Below the pieces are notes generated by a model. It was not told the origin of the DNA, ran no database searches, and saw nothing but the letters and a program-made list of their open reading frames with translations. This document shows, one piece after another, positions 61,073 to 64,000 of a DNA stretch of 64,000 nucleotides. The position numbers and the translations under genes were made by a program. Within the stretch, counting starts at the first letter, position 1. Each line of letters opens with the position of its first letter. Origin of the DNA: Ignavibacteria bacterium (GTDB taxonomy: Bacteria > Bacteroidota > Ignavibacteria > Ignavibacteriales > SURF-24); assembly GCA_025612245.1 (NCBI GenBank), contig JAAXKQ010000015.1, forward strand, positions 69,362 through 133,361, written 5' to 3'.

Positions 61073-63505
61073 ATGGATATACCCGAACTTTATAACAGGA
61101 AACCTGTATGCAATTGGAGAAATTTTATTGTTCCTTCAGTGCATCACATAATTCTTTTTACCATACTATTACTTTTGCTCCTTCATGTTAAATTATCTGC
61201 CGGAACCGTTTCCAGGGGGAATGACCCATCAGCAGATGGAACAATAAATTTTACGGTTACCGTGCTCGATAAAGCCACACTTGCTCCGCTGCAGAATGTG
61301 GTCGTCGTTCTGAGTGAAGGCGCTTCAGTTGTTGCCTCCTCTTCAACAAATCCTTTCGGAAAGGCCGCTTTCAACGACCTCCAAAGCGGCACGTACCTCC
61401 TGTCTGCCCATTACGTGGGGTATCACGATTTTAACGATACCGTTCTTGTCGACCCGGGGCATAAAAGCTATGGAGTCATGCTTTCCGAAAAAACTTTACT
61501 TGCCGGCGAGGTTGTAGTCACGGGTGAGAAACTCCGCAGCACCGCTACCTCAATCGACATAACCGCGGGCCGCCAGGTCTTTGCAGGGGAAACTTACCAT
61601 GCATCCCCTGCCGGAACAATGACACAGCTTATCCAGCAGAACTTGTCCGGTGCGGTTAAAGCGCCAACTGGCGAAGTGCACATTAGAGGCATGCACGGCG
61701 AGTATACATACCTTGTCGACGGCATCCCCATCCCGCTTGGCGTTTTCGGCGGATTGAATGAAATAGTCGACCCGAAGGTTATCTCTAAAATCACTTTCTA
61801 TACGGGCGGGTTTCCTGCCGAATACGGCGGCCAGCTTGCGGGACTGATGGATATTCAGAACAAGGTGCCCACGGGATTGTTCCACATGGACTTTTCTACC
61901 TTCCTGGGCAGTTACCTCAATTCAAATTACGCGTCCCCCGGAAATGATCGGGGCGGCTCCGGAAATATTAACTCAAACGGTCAGGCCCTTTCTTTAAGCA
62001 ACCATGCCGGCAAACTTGGCTATTTTATCGGAGCTTCCAGGCAGGAAACAGACCGCAGGATCGACCAGCCTTCGGAACAGATATTTCACGACCACGGGTT
62101 CGATTACTTCACATACGGTAAATTCGATTACCTGCTGGACAGCCGCAATTACATTACAATGAACCTTAATTACAGCAAAACCCAGACGCAGATCCCTTAT
62201 AACCCCGCCGAAGGAATTCTGCTCGATCAACAGGGCTCTTATAACGCTTTTCAGACACTCTCTTACTACCGCGTCATTTCCGGTGAACCCGATAACGAAA
62301 CAAACCTCTTCATCGGGGGCTTCCTGCGCGAGGGGGGACTGAACTTTACCCCCGGCATTAACGACTTCAATAAAACTTACCTTAACGGCGATTCAACCAA
62401 CGGCTACGTGGTAAGTCAGAATAGAACGTTTACAACCCTGGGCATCAGGGCAAAATACGACGAACGCCTTTCTCACCATTTCAAGTATGCCTTTGGCTTT
62501 AACTATGGCAATACCTCAGGCAAAGAGGATTTCAGGTTCTTTAACGCCTCCGGCAGCAGCCTTCTTAATAATACCACTTACCATGGCTTCGATGCCGGAG
62601 CTTTTGCAGAAACTGAATGGCATCCGTATGAATGGACAAGAATTGACCTCGGGATCAGGTACGACGTTCATAATGTCCCGTCCCTGCCCGATCAGTCTCA
62701 GCTCTCCCCGCGACTAAAGTGGAGCTTTTTCCTAGATGAATTCAACAGCATATCTTTAAGCTACGACAGGCTCTTTATGCCTACTAACATAGAGAACCTT
62801 GGCACCGTGGCATCTTTGCTGGGTAACAATGCCGCCCCCACACTGCCCGAAAAAGATAACCTGTACGAAATTGCATTTCTCAGGAACTGGCAGAACGGCT
62901 TTAATACCAAAATCTCCGGCTTCTATAAAACGGCTTCCCCGGGACTTGATGATCAAACCCTGGGCGCAAGCACAATCAGGGTGAACGTAAACATCGCAAA
63001 CGTTAAATCAACCGGAATTGAATTTTCACTTACTTATAGCAATCCCGCAACCCCATTTTCAGGATACATCAACGCCTCGCTCATCCATGCTTACGGCCGC
63101 GGCCCCGTCTCGGGAGGTTTTCTGCCCGCTGACCCGTCCATCGAACCCTTCGACCTGGATCACGACGAGCGCTTGTCGTCTGTATTCGTAATTAATTATC
63201 AGCCTGCTAATTTCTTCCTCAGCCTCAGCGCCAACTACGCTTCGGGACTTGCCAATGGCAATGAGGATTATTCCTTTAAGACCGGACTATTTGATTTCAA
63301 CCAGGGAGGTCACACCACACCCGCCTGGATACTGGACCTTTCGGGCGGCTATACATTTAATCTCTCACACGGACAGTCGATTGAACCTTCAATTTATGTT
63401 ACAAACTTGCTGGACCACACGCACCTTCTTAAAGGAGCCTTCTTCAGCGGCGCCAGCTATGAAGAAAGAAGAAACATTGTATTCAGGCTTGCCTATCATC
63501 TTTAG
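61073..63505 (+). CDS. TonB-dependent outer-membrane receptor with N-terminal carboxypeptidase-regulatory-like domain
   Basis: Signal peptide, CarbopepD_reg-like beta-sandwich, plug domain (VVTGEKLRSTATSIDI), 22-strand barrel ending in an aromatic residue. Confidence 0.85.
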   Translation: MDIPELYNRKPVCNWRNFIVPSVHHIILFTILLLLLLHVKLSAGTVSRGNDPSADGTINFTVTVLDKATLAPLQNVVVVLSEGASVVASSSTNPFGKAAFNDLQSGTYLLSAHYVGYHDFNDTVLVDPGHKSYGVMLSEKTLLAGEVVVTGEKLRSTATSIDITAGRQVFAGETYHASPAGTMTQLIQQNLSGAVKAPTGEVHIRGMHGEYTYLVDGIPIPLGVFGGLNEIVDPKVISKITFYTGGFPAEYGGQLAGLMDIQNKVPTGLFHMDFSTFLGSYLNSNYASPGNDRGGSGNINSNGQALSLSNHAGKLGYFIGASRQETDRRIDQPSEQIFHDHGFDYFTYGKFDYLLDSRNYITMNLNYSKTQTQIPYNPAEGILLDQQGSYNAFQTLSYYRVISGEPDNETNLFIGGFLREGGLNFTPGINDFNKTYLNGDSTNGYVVSQNRTFTTLGIRAKYDERLSHHFKYAFGFNYGNTSGKEDFRFFNASGSSLLNNTTYHGFDAGAFAETEWHPYEWTRIDLGIRYDVHNVPSLPDQSQLSPRLKWSFFLDEFNSISLSYDRLFMPTNIENLGTVASLLGNNAAPTLPEKDNLYEIAFLRNWQNGFNTKISGFYKTASPGLDDQTLGASTIRVNVNIANVKSTGIEFSLTYSNPATPFSGYINASLIHAYGRGPVSGGFLPADPSIEPFDLDHDERLSSVFVINYQPANFFLSLSANYASGLANGNEDYSFKTGLFDFNQGGHTTPAWILDLSGGYTFNLSHGQSIEPSIYVTNLLDHTHLLKGAFFSGASYEERRNIVFRLAYHL

Positions 63506-63593
63506 ATAGGCTCGCCTTATTCTTATCCCTTCCACCGGGGAGATGCAGTTTATACACAATTTGGTACCGGTTCGGTACCCGTAGCCCGTAATT

Positions 63594-64000
63594 CAAAAAC
63601 GTAAAATGCAGAACACCATACATAACGCAATTACCAAGCCCCTTTTGAGGGGCGCCATGTCTTTAGCCCAATAAAACAAATCCCCCCACATTCCCCAGTC
63701 CCCATAAAATTTCTGACCATCTATAATCACGCAATAACTAAGCCCGCAGCGCGGGCGAAACATCAGTAGCCGGGGGTGACCAAATCCCGATAGGGATGCG
63801 GGAACCCCCGGGAACCATGAAATCCCCACGCTCATAAAATCTAAACCAACAGAACAACGCTTCCCCCAAGCTCCGGGGGCGAATAATCCCACAACCATCT
63901 CTACGATATCTGAACCAATATAATCACGCATCTTCCAAGCTCCGGAGGAGCGCTTTGTCTGTAGAAAAAAACGAATAAAAAAAAGAATCAGAGCTCCGGA
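63594..64000. repeat. copy C of mosaic hairpin-module repeat (truncated by window end)
   Basis: Collinear with copy A for about 245 bp, then extends with modules shared with copy B. Confidence 0.7.

Overview
The window is a 64 kb chromosomal segment of a Gram-negative bacterium, probably FCB-group (Bacteroidota/Ignavibacteriota-like) from gene content. GC is roughly high-40s percent; this is an eyeball estimate, not computed. Coding density is high and most of the window is housekeeping. It holds a MacA/FtsX-type efflux pair, M28, M19 and M3 peptidases, RlpA, and a GT2 + DUF4922 (HIT-like) gene pair. It also holds an NtrC-type two-component system, citrate synthase, and a carboxyltransferase plus biotin-carrier pair. 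The pyruvate dehydrogenase operon aceE-aceF-lpdA is here, as are Mfd, rubrerythrin, YhbY, MscL, and a cobalamin/iron-type substrate-binding protein. An ECF sigma / anti-sigma / 2x DUF4097 / DUF5916 envelope cluster, a 7TMR-DISM-PP2C sensor and a TonB-dependent receptor complete the ordinary content. Three things stand out. (1) tRNA-Lys(CTT) at 49939-50011 has a 28-nt perfect copy of its 3' end about 6.5 kb downstream at 56465-56492, the signature of an integrated element. The intervening, partly AT-rich segment carries an OLD-family ATPase/Toprim nuclease, a 5'-truncated HipA-like kinase gene preceded by operator-like palindromes, decayed ORFs and a flotillin gene. A GIY-YIG/DUF4357 nuclease lies just beyond the repeat. 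No integrase is visible. (2) A dispersed family of non-coding mosaic repeats, roughly 250-550 bp per copy, occurs at three intergenic sites: 28.7 kb, 35.3 kb and 63.6 kb. Each copy is built from about 50-bp GC-hairpin modules that appear in both orientations, with compensatory stem changes between copies. This is a REP/BIME-like architecture. The six-frame track reports spurious ORFs across all three copies. (3) A small putative riboregulator or leader sits at about 15426-15680. It has a perfect TTGACA-17-TATAAT promoter, a 13-codon ORF, crossing 10- and 15-bp inverted repeats, and a terminator. Several AT-rich tandem or simple-sequence repeats lie in divergent promoter regions. MscL carries an unusual C-terminal zinc-ribbon extension.
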